Shown one piece after another: positions 10,456-19,847 of a stretch of 64,000 bases of DNA (positions are counted from its first letter, which is position 1; each line of letters opens with the position of its first letter). The notes under the pieces are model-generated. The model was not told where the DNA came from and did not search any database. It saw only the letters and a program-made list of their open reading frames with translations. The position numbers and the translations under genes are program-made. The stretch comes from Hyphomicrobiales bacterium. GTDB lineage: Bacteria; Pseudomonadota; Alphaproteobacteria; Rhizobiales; Aestuariivirgaceae. Where the stretch lies: assembly GCA_016792825.1 (NCBI GenBank), contig JAEUMI010000092.1, forward strand, positions 5,473 to 69,472, written 5' to 3'.

Positions 10456-12213
10456 CTAGAAAGGAAGCTGCGGCATTTCCGCGGGGTCGTTGGCAGCCGT
10501 GGCCGATTTCTCGACGCGGCGCAGGGCCCAGTTTACCGGTGCCGCGGTGTCCGTCGAACCCCGGATGACAATTTGCTGGGTTTTCCGGGGCCCAGACGGA
10601 TCTCCCAGAAACACACTTTCTTCCAGTGTCAAGCTCCCGCCCCGGGCCATGAATTGCCATGCGGTTCGGTTGGCCAGCACAATGACAATCTGCGTTCCCT
10701 TGCGGTTGAAGCTTGCCTTCACGCCGGGATGGAGATGAAACCTGATGGTGAAATCGAACGGACCGGGGTACGAGTCATTGGATTCGCCGGGTGAAATCTG
10801 ATCCTCACCCCGGAGGTCAGTACCGGTTTGCGAGAGAAAGATGCTCCGGTGGTGACTGACCTTGCCGGTGTTGCCGGCGATTTCATTGACGGAACGGATC
10901 AGCGAGCCCTGGGGCGAACTGATCACTTCGGCAACCAGAGCATTTTGCGGTCCGCCAGCGAAGGACATGACTTCAGCCGTATTGTGGGCTGCGATATCTG
11001 CGGCAGCCCTACGCCAGGCCGGTGAAGCGGAGGCCGGCATGCCGCAATTACTGAAAATGCGATGGGGGCCGTCGGAAAACTCGATCGCCAGCGGGCTCAC
11101 ACATTCCATTGGTGCGCCGGTGTCCATGATCAGGAGGCCGGACCGGTGCGAAATCCTGCAATAACCGGAATGAGGTGCCGAGAGCAGCGGCCGACCAGCA
11201 ATTATGTCATGCTCCAATATAGTCCTGATGCTGGTCATGTCAGTGACGCCGGCGCCGTGAAAATTGCTGAGGCCCCGGTCGCCATGACTGAGCATCCGGA
11301 GCATGGGGAACATCCGCTCAATGGCAACGCTCAATGCCTGCGGGACAGCCTCACGCTTTGCCAGCATTGCTTCCCTGATTGGGATGACGTTAAGGAGCAC
11401 CTCGAGCAAAGCCTGAGGGTTGCGCGAGACGTGTCCGCCATCAGGAAGAATGACATCGTTGATAACATCGCAAATCCTGGCATTGGCCAGTTCACGCAGC
11501 GTCTCTGAACTGCGAAAGGCAAGGCTTGCATATTGCAGAGCAACCGCCTGCCAGAAACTGTCACTGACGGATGAGGGCCGCGTTGCCATCACACGATGGG
11601 TGAGCTTTTCGGCAAGGGCGTAGAATGGCTTTCCAAATGAAGAGGGCAGGGGGCCCACAAGAAAATGCGCGGCACTTGCGAGCGCGATGAGTGCCTGAAA
11701 ATTTGCCAGGGACGTGCGGAATCTGCTCCGTTGCTCGCCCCACCTCAGCACCAGCGAGCGGGCGACGATGCGATGCAGCTCATGGCCGCCGGTTACGAAG
11801 TGCTGCAGCCAGGACAGATTGTGGAGGGCTGTGGCCCATTCAGGACTGGGCGGCCTGGCGTCAAATATGTCGATCGGTTTTACGCTTACGGTTACTCCGG
11901 CGAAGCTGAACTTGCCACGGGCCATTACCTGAGCCTGGATTGGATCCCCAGGTTTCAGCGTCAATAACTTTGTGCCCAGACCGCAAATGCTTATGTGCTG
12001 GGTTGTGCCAAGGCCAAGTCCATGCGAAGCCCAGAGCTTGAGCGCAGCGTCCGACAGCACCTGAAAATAGGTGGGAGTGGCGAATTGCTGCGTAGCCCAA
12101 TGATCGCGCATGTTCTGCCGCGTTGAAACCCGTTGTTCCGGTGATGGTGCAAAGGCCCACACTGGTGCCGAGATGGTTAACGAATTACTAACGCCGCTCG
12201 AGCCTTGCGGCAA
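10456..12213 (-). CDS. Heparinase II/III-like protein
   Basis: ILPDGGHVSRNP, AAHNT, IRFHLHP; located between rsmB and purH. Confidence 0.8.
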   Translation of the reverse strand: MPQGSSGVSNSLTISAPVWAFAPSPEQRVSTRQNMRDHWATQQFATPTYFQVLSDAALKLWASHGLGLGTTQHISICGLGTKLLTLKPGDPIQAQVMARGKFSFAGVTVSVKPIDIFDARPPSPEWATALHNLSWLQHFVTGGHELHRIVARSLVLRWGEQRSRFRTSLANFQALIALASAAHFLVGPLPSSFGKPFYALAEKLTHRVMATRPSSVSDSFWQAVALQYASLAFRSSETLRELANARICDVINDVILPDGGHVSRNPQALLEVLLNVIPIREAMLAKREAVPQALSVAIERMFPMLRMLSHGDRGLSNFHGAGVTDMTSIRTILEHDIIAGRPLLSAPHSGYCRISHRSGLLIMDTGAPMECVSPLAIEFSDGPHRIFSNCGMPASASPAWRRAAADIAAHNTAEVMSFAGGPQNALVAEVISSPQGSLIRSVNEIAGNTGKVSHHRSIFLSQTGTDLRGEDQISPGESNDSYPGPFDFTIRFHLHPGVKASFNRKGTQIVIVLANRTAWQFMARGGSLTLEESVFLGDPSGPRKTQQIVIRGSTDTAAPVNWALRRVEKSATAANDPAEMPQLPF

Positions 12214-13504
12214 AGAAGCCGTCGAGGCCGGACCCCTTGCCGATCACCATGGACGGCAGGCAGCGCATAAGGCCCGCAGGGGTTATGAATTGTACCTGCT
12301 GTGCAAGTTCATCTGGAATGATGGGCGAAAGCCTGAAGTCGTCGCGGGACCGGAGGAAATTGAACACCTGGCGTTCGCCCTCGAGGGGAGACAGGGAACA
12401 GGTGCAATAGACCAGCTTCCCGCCCGGCCTTACCAGACGTGCGGCATGGGTGAGCATTTTCTGCTGCAGGATCACCAGCCCTGCAAGCTGCAGGGGGGAT
12501 TTCAAATAGACGAGATCCGGATGACGCCGGATTGTTCCGGTGGCCGAACAGGGTGCATCGAGCAGGATATTGTCGTAGAGCGTGTCCGTCGGCAGGGACA
12601 AGACGTCGGCAATCAGTGTCGTCACCGGCAACTTCAGTCGCGCAAGATTTTCCCGCAGCCGGTTCATGCGCGTTACGGAGTCATCAACGGCGGTCACAAC
12701 CGCTCCAGCGGATGCGAACTGCGCGGTTTTTCCGCCGGGAGCCGCACAGAGATCGAGGACCGATTTTCCCGCAATGTTTCCGAGAAGTTTTGCGGGCAAG
12801 GCCGATGCGGCGTCCTGCACCCACCATTCGCCCTCGCTGAATCCCGGCAGTTCCTGCAAATTGCCGTCGCCGGATTCCAAACGGATGGTTCCGGTCGGCA
12901 GGAGTTCGCCCTTTAGCTGCTGAGCCCAATATTCGGGTTTGTCCTTGACTGAAATATCGAGCGGGGCCTCGTTGAGATGGGAGGCTGCGATATCATGGGC
13001 CGTTTCTTCGCCATAGGCGGTGACCCATTGCTCCCACAGCCAATCCGGCGTGTTGAGTCTTGGACCGTCGAGATTTTTCAGCGCCGTTTTTCCATCGGTT
13101 GCTACCTTGCGCAGCACCGCATTGATCAAGCCGGAAAAATGCTGGGCCTTCTTGTCCTGCTTTGCCAGATCGACGGAGAGGTCAATGGCCGCGTGGGGGC
13201 TAACCTCCATGAACAGGAGCTGGGCTGCGGCAATGGTCAGGATATCCACCGCCATGCCCGACGAGCGCGGCAGGGGTTTTGCCAGAAACCTGCCCAGAAC
13301 CGTTGTGATTTCGCCACCATGGCGCAGGGAAGAAGCCACGAGGGCATGGGCAAAGGAGCGGTCGCGGCCCTCAAGCAGGCGAAATTCGGCATTTGTATCA
13401 AGCAGCTGATCAAGCGGCAGTTGATCGATGGTGATCCCTTGCAGCAGGCTTATAGCGGCACGCCTGGCCATAAGGCCGGGCTTTTCAGGTTTTGCGGCTG
13501 ACAC
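12188..13504 (-). CDS. rsmB: RsmB/NOP family RNA m5C methyltransferase (Sun/Fmu)
   Basis: NusB-like N-terminus, WVQD, DLCAAPGGKT, DAPCSATG, TCS, DGFFAARL. Confidence 0.9.
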   Translation of the reverse strand: MSAAKPEKPGLMARRAAISLLQGITIDQLPLDQLLDTNAEFRLLEGRDRSFAHALVASSLRHGGEITTVLGRFLAKPLPRSSGMAVDILTIAAAQLLFMEVSPHAAIDLSVDLAKQDKKAQHFSGLINAVLRKVATDGKTALKNLDGPRLNTPDWLWEQWVTAYGEETAHDIAASHLNEAPLDISVKDKPEYWAQQLKGELLPTGTIRLESGDGNLQELPGFSEGEWWVQDAASALPAKLLGNIAGKSVLDLCAAPGGKTAQFASAGAVVTAVDDSVTRMNRLRENLARLKLPVTTLIADVLSLPTDTLYDNILLDAPCSATGTIRRHPDLVYLKSPLQLAGLVILQQKMLTHAARLVRPGGKLVYCTCSLSPLEGERQVFNFLRSRDDFRLSPIIPDELAQQVQFITPAGLMRCLPSMVIGKGSGLDGFFAARLERR

Positions 13505-13507
13505 TGA

Positions 13508-14398
13508 TCAGCCCCAAGGGCCCCTTGGCGCTGGGTTCTGGAAGGTTTCCTTGGTGCCCATCTCTGCGGCCATTTTCTGAAGCTCGGCAACGCGATTTTC
13601 GGTTGCGGGATGGGATGAGAACAGATTGTCCATGCGCTGTCCAGACAAAGGATTGACGATGAAGAGATGGGCCATGGCGGGATTGGCCTCGGCGGCTTCA
13701 TTGGGAATGCGATGGGCGGCTCCTGAAATCTTGTGCAGGGCTGAGGCCAGCGACAACGGCTGTCCGGAAATTTCGGCGCCGCCGCGGTCGGCCTCATATT
13801 CACGGGTGCGGCTCACGGCAAGTTGCACGATCATGGCGGCAAGCGGCGCCAGGATGACCAGCACAAGGCCGCCCAGGGGACCCAAGGGGTTGTTGCGGTC
13901 ACGGCCGCCAAAGAGAAGACCAAAATTCGCCAGCATGGATACGGCGCCGGCAAGGGTTGCGGTGAGGGTCATGACAAGCGTGTCGCGGTTCTTGATGTGG
14001 GCCAGCTCATGGGCCATGACGCCGGCGACTTCAGAAGGAGAGAGTGTTTGCAGAAGTCCGGTTGTAGCTGCGACCGCTGCGTTTTCCGGATTGCGTCCCG
14101 TGGCAAAGGCGTTGGGCTGCGGGTTGTCCATGACATAGACTTTTGGCATGGGAAGATTGGCCCGCTGGGCGAGGGTAGCCACGATATCATAGTATTCGGG
14201 AGCTGTGGCCCTATCGACTTCGCGGGCGCCCTGCATGCGCAAAACCATCTTGTCGGAATTCCAATAGGCAAACAGGTTTGTCCCGGCGGCGAAGAGAAAA
14301 GCCAGCATCATGCCGCCCTGGCCACCCAGCAGGTAGCCAATGGCGAGGAAGAGGCCGGTGAGGCCTGCCAGCAGAAGTCCGGTTCGAAAGGTGTTCAT
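13508..14398 (-). CDS. htpX: Zinc metalloprotease HtpX
   Basis: [16 protein letters not shown] (HExxH), [18 protein letters not shown]. Confidence 0.97.
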   Translation of the reverse strand: MNTFRTGLLLAGLTGLFLAIGYLLGGQGGMMLAFLFAAGTNLFAYWNSDKMVLRMQGAREVDRATAPEYYDIVATLAQRANLPMPKVYVMDNPQPNAFATGRNPENAAVAATTGLLQTLSPSEVAGVMAHELAHIKNRDTLVMTLTATLAGAVSMLANFGLLFGGRDRNNPLGPLGGLVLVILAPLAAMIVQLAVSRTREYEADRGGAEISGQPLSLASALHKISGAAHRIPNEAAEANPAMAHLFIVNPLSGQRMDNLFSSHPATENRVAELQKMAAEMGTKETFQNPAPRGPWG

Positions 14399-14428
14399 GG
14401 GTCGAGACTTTTCCTTTGTTCCAGCATA

Positions 14429-14457
14429 AAATGGTGCTGCCCAGGAGTTTCGACAAG
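14429..14457 (-). promoter_or_regulatory. Probable RpoH promoter of htpX
   Basis: Minus strand CTTGTC-N15-CACCATTT. Confidence 0.6.
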
Positions 14458-14628
14458 ATGGAAAAACGCGATTTGCCCCCCGCTGCTGTCCGGTCTTTGG
14501 CCGAGGCCGAAGAGCGCCGCGCGGCGGTCTTGAAGGTGGAACGGCCCAAGGAGATCAATGGCCGCAAAGGGCCGGAGCCGACGCGCTATGGCGATTGGGA
14601 AAGCAAGGGCATTGCCTCTGACTTCTGA
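14458..14628 (+). CDS. DUF1674 / SDHAF4-like small protein
   Basis: [25 protein letters not shown]; start moved to MEKRDL. Confidence 0.9.
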   Translation: MEKRDLPPAAVRSLAEAEERRAAVLKVERPKEINGRKGPEPTRYGDWESKGIASDF

Positions 14629-15280
14629 CGCCAAGAAATTTCCGGTCATTGAAACGGACGCCGACATCGCCACCGGGGCAGAATTTCTGGTGGGGCGCGA
14701 GCCGTGTTTTGAGAAAGTTATCGCGGTCCATGGGCTGCCATCGTCGCGGCGGGTCGAAAACTGTCTGGCGAGCCTCCTGAAAATTGTCACCGAGCAGTTG
14801 ATCTCGCTCAAGGCAGCGGATGCCATCTGGCGGCGCATCGAATCCAGGCTCCACCCCTTTGAGCCGCGTGAAATCCTGAAATTTAGCGTGGAAGATCTGC
14901 AAAGCCTGGGATTGACCCGGGCCAAGGCGCGAAGTTTTCAGGCCATTGCGAATGCCATCCATCGTGGTGAGCTGGATTTCGACTCACTGCATCAAGCGTC
15001 GGACCAGGACGTGCTTACCAAATTGCTGGCTCTGCCGGGAATCGGACCATGGACGGCGGATATCTATTTGCTGACGGCGCTCGGGCGGGCCGATGCCTGC
15101 CCCGCCGGGGATCTGGCCCTGCAGATCGCGGCGCAGGATTTATTCGCGATGGACGGCCGGCCGACGCCAAAGGTGTTTCTTGAAAGGGCAGAGACCTGGA
15201 AGCCGTGGCGCTCAGTTGCGGCACGTTTGTTGTGGAGCCATTACCGGGGTTTGAAAGGCCTTTCCCAACGGGTTAATTGA
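14612..15280 (+). CDS. alkA: DNA-3-methyladenine glycosylase II (AlkA/HhH-GPD)
   Basis: IVTEQLIS, LPGIGPWTADIYLL, PAGD, WKPWRSVAARLLW. Start uncertain (TTG 14612 chosen; ORF is open from 14558). Confidence 0.88.
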   Translation: MPLTSDAKKFPVIETDADIATGAEFLVGREPCFEKVIAVHGLPSSRRVENCLASLLKIVTEQLISLKAADAIWRRIESRLHPFEPREILKFSVEDLQSLGLTRAKARSFQAIANAIHRGELDFDSLHQASDQDVLTKLLALPGIGPWTADIYLLTALGRADACPAGDLALQIAAQDLFAMDGRPTPKVFLERAETWKPWRSVAARLLWSHYRGLKGLSQRVN

Positions 15281-15284
15281 GCCC

Positions 15285-15313
15285 TTCACAGGATTGTTGC
15301 CGATATATAGTAT
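15285..15313 (+). promoter_or_regulatory. Sigma-70-type promoter of the HNH gene
   Basis: TTCACA-N17-TAGTAT, 30 nt before the GTG. Confidence 0.55.
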
Positions 15314-15343
15314 GTCTCCCACGTCAAACCTCAAGAGGTTAAG

Positions 15344-15904
15344 GTGTATAACGAAGCCGCCGCACTGGAAGCCTGCCCTGCGCTGGTCCTCAACGCCGAC
15401 TACCGGCCGCTGAGCTACTATCCCCTGTCCCTGTGGAGCTGGCAGGATGCGATCAAGGCGGTGTTCCTTGAGCGCGTCAATATCGTTTCCGAATATGACC
15501 GGGTGGTGCGCAGCCCGACATTCGAGTTCAAGCTTCCCAGCGTCGTTTCGCTCAAGACCTATGTGAAGCCATCGCGGACGCCGGCCTTCACCCGATTCAA
15601 TGTCTTCCTGCGCGACCGGTTCACCTGCCAGTATTGCGGGGCTCACGAGGATCTGACGTTCGATCACGTCACGCCGCGCTCAAAGGGCGGCCATACAACC
15701 TGGGATAATGTCGTGGCGGCCTGCTCGCCGTGCAATCTGGCCAAGGGCGGCTATCTGCCCCACGAAGCCAAAATGTTTCCTGCCAACAAGCCGCACTGCC
15801 CCACGGTCAACCAGCTTCACAGCAATGGCCGGCATTTCCCGCCAAACTACCTGCACCAGAGCTGGCAGGATTATCTTTACTGGGATACGGAACTCGATCC
15901 TTGA
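15344..15904 (+). CDS. HNH endonuclease (McrA-like)
   Basis: ALVLNADYRPL, RDRFTCQYCG, TFDHVTPRSKGG, CSPCNLAK. Confidence 0.92.
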   Translation: MYNEAAALEACPALVLNADYRPLSYYPLSLWSWQDAIKAVFLERVNIVSEYDRVVRSPTFEFKLPSVVSLKTYVKPSRTPAFTRFNVFLRDRFTCQYCGAHEDLTFDHVTPRSKGGHTTWDNVVAACSPCNLAKGGYLPHEAKMFPANKPHCPTVNQLHSNGRHFPPNYLHQSWQDYLYWDTELDP

Positions 15905-16362
15905 TGGCGCGCACCCGCCAAGGCAATCACAGCCAGCGCTGCTGAAATTATCGCATTCCATCCGGCAAGTGAAATCCCAAGAATACGGAGTGCAGCTTCG
16001 TTGCAGGCAACGACTACTCTGGTGAGATCCGGAAGCCCCCCCGAGATGTCACCGCTGCAGGTATCCGGCCCCGGCCACCATTTCCATTCAACCCCGGCGT
16101 GGTAGGCGCCGAAAATGGCGCTGCCGAGCATGACGACAGCAAGCAAGTAAAGTCCGCGCCTTGCGCCCTTGGGGGTTTTTCCGGCGCTCACTGACAAAAG
16201 CAGGGAAAATGGAATAGCAAAATAATAGGGCCAACGTTGCTGCAGGCAAAGATGACAGGGATCATAGCCGGCAAACTGGAAAATCCAGGCGCCAACAAGG
16301 GTCGCCGCTGCAATCACAAACAAAGCGAGCGAAGCTTTTTGCGGGTTCAAATTTTCTAACAT
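15877..16362 (-). CDS. Disulfide bond formation protein B family
   Basis: PCHLCLQQRWPY, YHAGVEWKWWPGPDTC, C..ILGISLAGWN. Confidence 0.9.
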   Translation of the reverse strand: MLENLNPQKASLALFVIAAATLVGAWIFQFAGYDPCHLCLQQRWPYYFAIPFSLLLSVSAGKTPKGARRGLYLLAVVMLGSAIFGAYHAGVEWKWWPGPDTCSGDISGGLPDLTRVVVACNEAALRILGISLAGWNAIISAALAVIALAGARHQGSSSVSQ

Positions 16363-16967
16363 ATCGTTCCGATTCCCGATGCACTGAAATATTTTAGAAT
16401 GAAATAAAGGCCGATGAGCGCCGCCGCCGCCGCTGCGGCAATAAGGCCCAATCGCTTCTCGATAAACATCCGGATGGGTTCACCATATTTTTTCAATGCC
16501 CAGGCGAGAGCGAAAAAACGCGCGCCGCGGGCCAGGATGCAGGAGAGCACAAAAACAAGGAAACTTGCGTGCACCACGCCGGCCAGAATTGTCACGATCT
16601 TGATCGGCGGAAGATGGGCGAGGCCCGAGGTGACAAGCAGGAGGGCAATGGTGTCTTCATCGGTGCAGGCCCGCAGCGATTCGAAGGCCGCAAGCTTGCC
16701 ATAAAATTCGAGAATCGGTTGGGCAATGGCTTGATACGCATAGTAGCCCAGGAAATATCCGGCAATGCCACCCAGCGTGGACGCCAAAGTTGCGATGAGA
16801 GCCAAGCGATAGGCGCGGTCCGGGCGCGCCAGCGCCATGGGCAGTAAGAGCACATCGGCGGGCACGAGAAAAAATGAACTCTCAACAAAGGCAATGACCG
16901 CAAGCCAGACCTCGGCTGATTTCCGGGCGGCGAGCGAAATGGTCCAATCGTAAAGCTTACGGAGCAT
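16356..16967 (-). CDS. YqaA/DedA (VTT domain) membrane protein
   Basis: AFVESSFFLVPAD, ASTLGGIAGY, PPIKIVTI, ARGARFF. Confidence 0.9.
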   Translation of the reverse strand: MLRKLYDWTISLAARKSAEVWLAVIAFVESSFFLVPADVLLLPMALARPDRAYRLALIATLASTLGGIAGYFLGYYAYQAIAQPILEFYGKLAAFESLRACTDEDTIALLLVTSGLAHLPPIKIVTILAGVVHASFLVFVLSCILARGARFFALAWALKKYGEPIRMFIEKRLGLIAAAAAAALIGLYFILKYFSASGIGTIC

Positions 16968-16978
16968 GACGGAACTGC

Positions 16979-17398
16979 CTAATCAAATGACGGCTTGGTG
17001 CGCCGCAGGTTTTTGGTGGTGGAGCGTTTTGATTTTGAATCGAGACGCCTGGTTTTCGAAGCCTTGGTGGGCCGTGTGGCAATGCGTCTTTTTGGACGAA
17101 GGGAAGCCTTGCGCACAAGTGCAACGAGTTTTTCAAGGGCAGTGGCGCGATTTCTCTCCTGGGAGCGATGCTCTTGCGCGGTCACGATGAGTATCCCATC
17201 CTGGGACAGCTGCCTTCCCGCGATGGTCTCCAAGCGCTGCTTTACCTCATAGGGGAGCGCCGCGTTGGCCACATCAAACCGCAGCTCCACTGCCGTGGAG
17301 ACCTTGTTCACATTCTGTCCACCGGGCCCGGATGCGCGGATGAAGGACTCGGAGATATCCCGCTCATCGATGCTAATGGAATTCGAGATTCGGATCAT
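16979..17398 (-). CDS. arfB: Alternative ribosome rescue peptidyl-tRNA hydrolase ArfB
   Basis: ASGPGGQNVNKV, RSQERNR, basic C-terminal tail. Confidence 0.96.
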   Translation of the reverse strand: MIRISNSISIDERDISESFIRASGPGGQNVNKVSTAVELRFDVANAALPYEVKQRLETIAGRQLSQDGILIVTAQEHRSQERNRATALEKLVALVRKASLRPKRRIATRPTKASKTRRLDSKSKRSTTKNLRRTKPSFD

Positions 17399-17467
17399 GA
17401 TTTTTGCTTTAAGCGCCTTTCGGGTTGACGGCGCAAGCCTCTACGCTTTAGAGGAAAGCTCTGGCTT

Positions 17468-17551
17468 GCCCTTGTGGTGGAATGGTAGACGCGGCGGACT
17501 CAAAATCCGCTCTCGAAAGAGGTGGGGGTTCAAGTCCCTCCAAGGGCACCA
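17468..17551 (+). tRNA. tRNA-Leu(CAA)
   Basis: Acceptor GCCCTTG/CAAGGGC, anticodon arm GCGGA-CTCAAAA-TCCGC, long variable arm, encoded CCA. Confidence 0.97.
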
Positions 17552-17656
17552 GAACCTGTGGCCGCACTTTCATCGCATTCCTGGTGTTTATGGCGGGCAG
17601 GCAGCTTGAAGCAAATTCCGGGGCGGTATTCATGGCGATCAGGCAAGGAACATAGT

Positions 17657-18940
17657 TTGGCGGGGCATTTTCGAAAACCGGTTCTGATGCTGGGGCTGCT
17701 TAGTCTCCTTGCATCACCTGTGGCCCATGCGGGGCCTTCCGTTTTGTTTGATGCCGCGACAGGCGAAGTCATTACGCACGACCGGGCGGGCGAACCCTGG
17801 TATCCGGCTTCGCTCACCAAGCTGATGACCGCCTATATTGTTTTCAAGAAACTGAAAACCGGCACCTTGCGCCTTGACCAGAAGATCCTGGTGTCGCCCC
17901 TGGCCGCTTCGCAGGAGCCCAGCAAGATCGGCATGCGCCCGGGCAGCGCCATTTCGGTTGACCTGGCACTTCAGACGTTGCTGGTCTATTCGGCCAATGA
18001 CATGGCCTATGTGCTTGCCGAAGGCGCCAATGGCACGGTTTTCAGTTTTGTCCAGGAAATGAATGCGACTGCCAAGAAGCTGGGACTGAGTGCCACTCAT
18101 TTCGTAAATCCCAACGGCCTGTTTGATCCACGCCAGCTCACATCGGCACGCGATATCGGTGTTCTTGCTGCCGTCATCCTTGCGGAGTTTCCCGAGTACA
18201 GCGGCTATTTTTCCCAGCAGCATGTGGCGATCGGCAAGAAAAAACTGCTCAACCGCAACAGCCTGATCCGGAGCATGCCGGAAGCGGATGGCATGAAAAC
18301 CGGATTCGTCTGCAATTCTGGGTTCAATCTCGTGGCTTCGGCGACGCGTGACGGACGCAAACTGATTGCCGTTGTTCTGGGGGCCCCCAATTCCGGCAGC
18401 CGCGCGGAAATCGCGCGGACACTCCTGGCGGAAGGATTTCCAAAGGGGACCCTGGCAAGCCGCCCGCGCCTGGCGCAGATCTCCAACAGCCCATTGGGCG
18501 CCATTGTTCCGGCAGATCTCACCAGCACGGTATGCAAGAAGAAGCCGCCAGTGACTGCGGTCCGCGCCAGGGAACTCGCCGGATGGGGGATTTCCTTCGG
18601 AAGTTACGACACCCTGCAAAAGGCCGACATGGCGCTGCGCGGACGGCTGATCAGCCCCGCCGGCATGGATGCGCCGGGCAAGGCCGGTGTCGTGCGCATG
18701 CCCAATAAGCAAGGCTTTGCGGCCATGCTCTGGAATATTGATCAAGCCACCAGCCAGGCGCTGTGCAGTGACTATCGTTCGCAAAACGCGGTGTGTGAAG
18801 TCATGACGCCCGCGGCCTTTGCCCAGATTGCGGCGCTGTCAAAGGAGCCGGAACCCAAGCCCAAGGTGCAGGCGCCGGTGGCGCAAGGCTCTGACGGGCA
18901 GAAACCAGCCAAAAAGAAAATCAAGAAAACCGCCAACTGA
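17657..18940 (+). CDS. D-alanyl-D-alanine carboxypeptidase (peptidase S11)
   Basis: SLTK (SxxK), SAN (SxN), KTG; TTG start with AAGGAA RBS and a signal peptide. Confidence 0.92.
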   Translation: MAGHFRKPVLMLGLLSLLASPVAHAGPSVLFDAATGEVITHDRAGEPWYPASLTKLMTAYIVFKKLKTGTLRLDQKILVSPLAASQEPSKIGMRPGSAISVDLALQTLLVYSANDMAYVLAEGANGTVFSFVQEMNATAKKLGLSATHFVNPNGLFDPRQLTSARDIGVLAAVILAEFPEYSGYFSQQHVAIGKKKLLNRNSLIRSMPEADGMKTGFVCNSGFNLVASATRDGRKLIAVVLGAPNSGSRAEIARTLLAEGFPKGTLASRPRLAQISNSPLGAIVPADLTSTVCKKKPPVTAVRARELAGWGISFGSYDTLQKADMALRGRLISPAGMDAPGKAGVVRMPNKQGFAAMLWNIDQATSQALCSDYRSQNAVCEVMTPAAFAQIAALSKEPEPKPKVQAPVAQGSDGQKPAKKKIKKTAN

Positions 18941-18950
18941 GCCCTGAAAT

Positions 18951-19847
18951 ATGATCAGCAGGATCAGGCTTGGAGTTGGTTGCGCCCTGGCGGCGGCCAG
19001 CATTTATGGCCTTGTCCCCAATTTTGTCCGTGGTGCCTTTGAAAATGGGATTCCGCCGGTTGAAGCCACGTTCTTCCGAACTTCGGTGATTGCGGTCGCG
19101 TTTGCCCTCATCGCCGTGGTGCAGGGAGAGAGCTTCAGAGTTCCCCGCGCCGCTATTGCCGCCTTCGCGGGGCAGGCCGTCGCCACCCTGGTGATCTCGG
19201 TGTCCTATCTGGCGTCGGTCCAGTTCATTCCTATCGGCCTTGCGGTCATCATCTTTTTCACTTTCCCGGTTCTCATCATGCTTGCCTCGCCCATGGTTGA
19301 AGGGAAGTTTCCCGGATTTTGGCGAATCGTGATCGCAGTTGTCGCGTTTGGCGGACTGGTCATCGCCATCGGCCCGAGCTTCGGCGAGCTTGATATTCGC
19401 GGCATCGGGCTTGCAACACTTGCCTCACTCGGCGGCGTTGTGCAGTTTTTCACCGGGCGATCGATCTCGCGCTATCTCACGCCCGCCGTGTTCGGCAGTC
19501 TGGTGCATATCGTCATATGGCCGGCAACCCTGCTGGTCGCGCTCTATGTGAGCGGGGGAACCCTGCAGATGATGCCGGGCGGGGCCGGCACGGCGACGGG
19601 TTTTTATTTCCTCTTGGGAGTGGCCGGCATCTATGTCGCTGCCTATATGCTGCAAATGTCTTCCCTGCGCTTTGCGCCAGCATCAACTGTCGCACCCTTC
19701 TATAATCTGGAGCCGATTGTCACCACGGCTTTTGCCGGGCTGCTGTTTGGCGAAATCCTCACGGCCAATCAATATGCCGGGGGCGGCATTGTTCTTGCCG
19801 CTCTTGTCGTATCAAGCCGCCTGGGAAAGCAGGAAAACAGGGCATGA
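18951..19847 (+). CDS. DMT/EamA family transporter
   Basis: About 10 TM segments, IFFTFPV, NLEPIV. Confidence 0.9.
   Translation: MISRIRLGVGCALAAASIYGLVPNFVRGAFENGIPPVEATFFRTSVIAVAFALIAVVQGESFRVPRAAIAAFAGQAVATLVISVSYLASVQFIPIGLAVIIFFTFPVLIMLASPMVEGKFPGFWRIVIAVVAFGGLVIAIGPSFGELDIRGIGLATLASLGGVVQFFTGRSISRYLTPAVFGSLVHIVIWPATLLVALYVSGGTLQMMPGGAGTATGFYFLLGVAGIYVAAYMLQMSSLRFAPASTVAPFYNLEPIVTTAFAGLLFGEILTANQYAGGGIVLAALVVSSRLGKQENRA

Noticed and set aside
15344-15904. HNH gene as a restriction, defence or mobile element
   Set aside because: No methyltransferase, repeats or other defence genes nearby; looks like the standalone chromosomal HNH next to alkA
17468-17656. tRNA-Leu as a possible integration site
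   Set aside because: No integrase or att repeat; housekeeping genes on both sides
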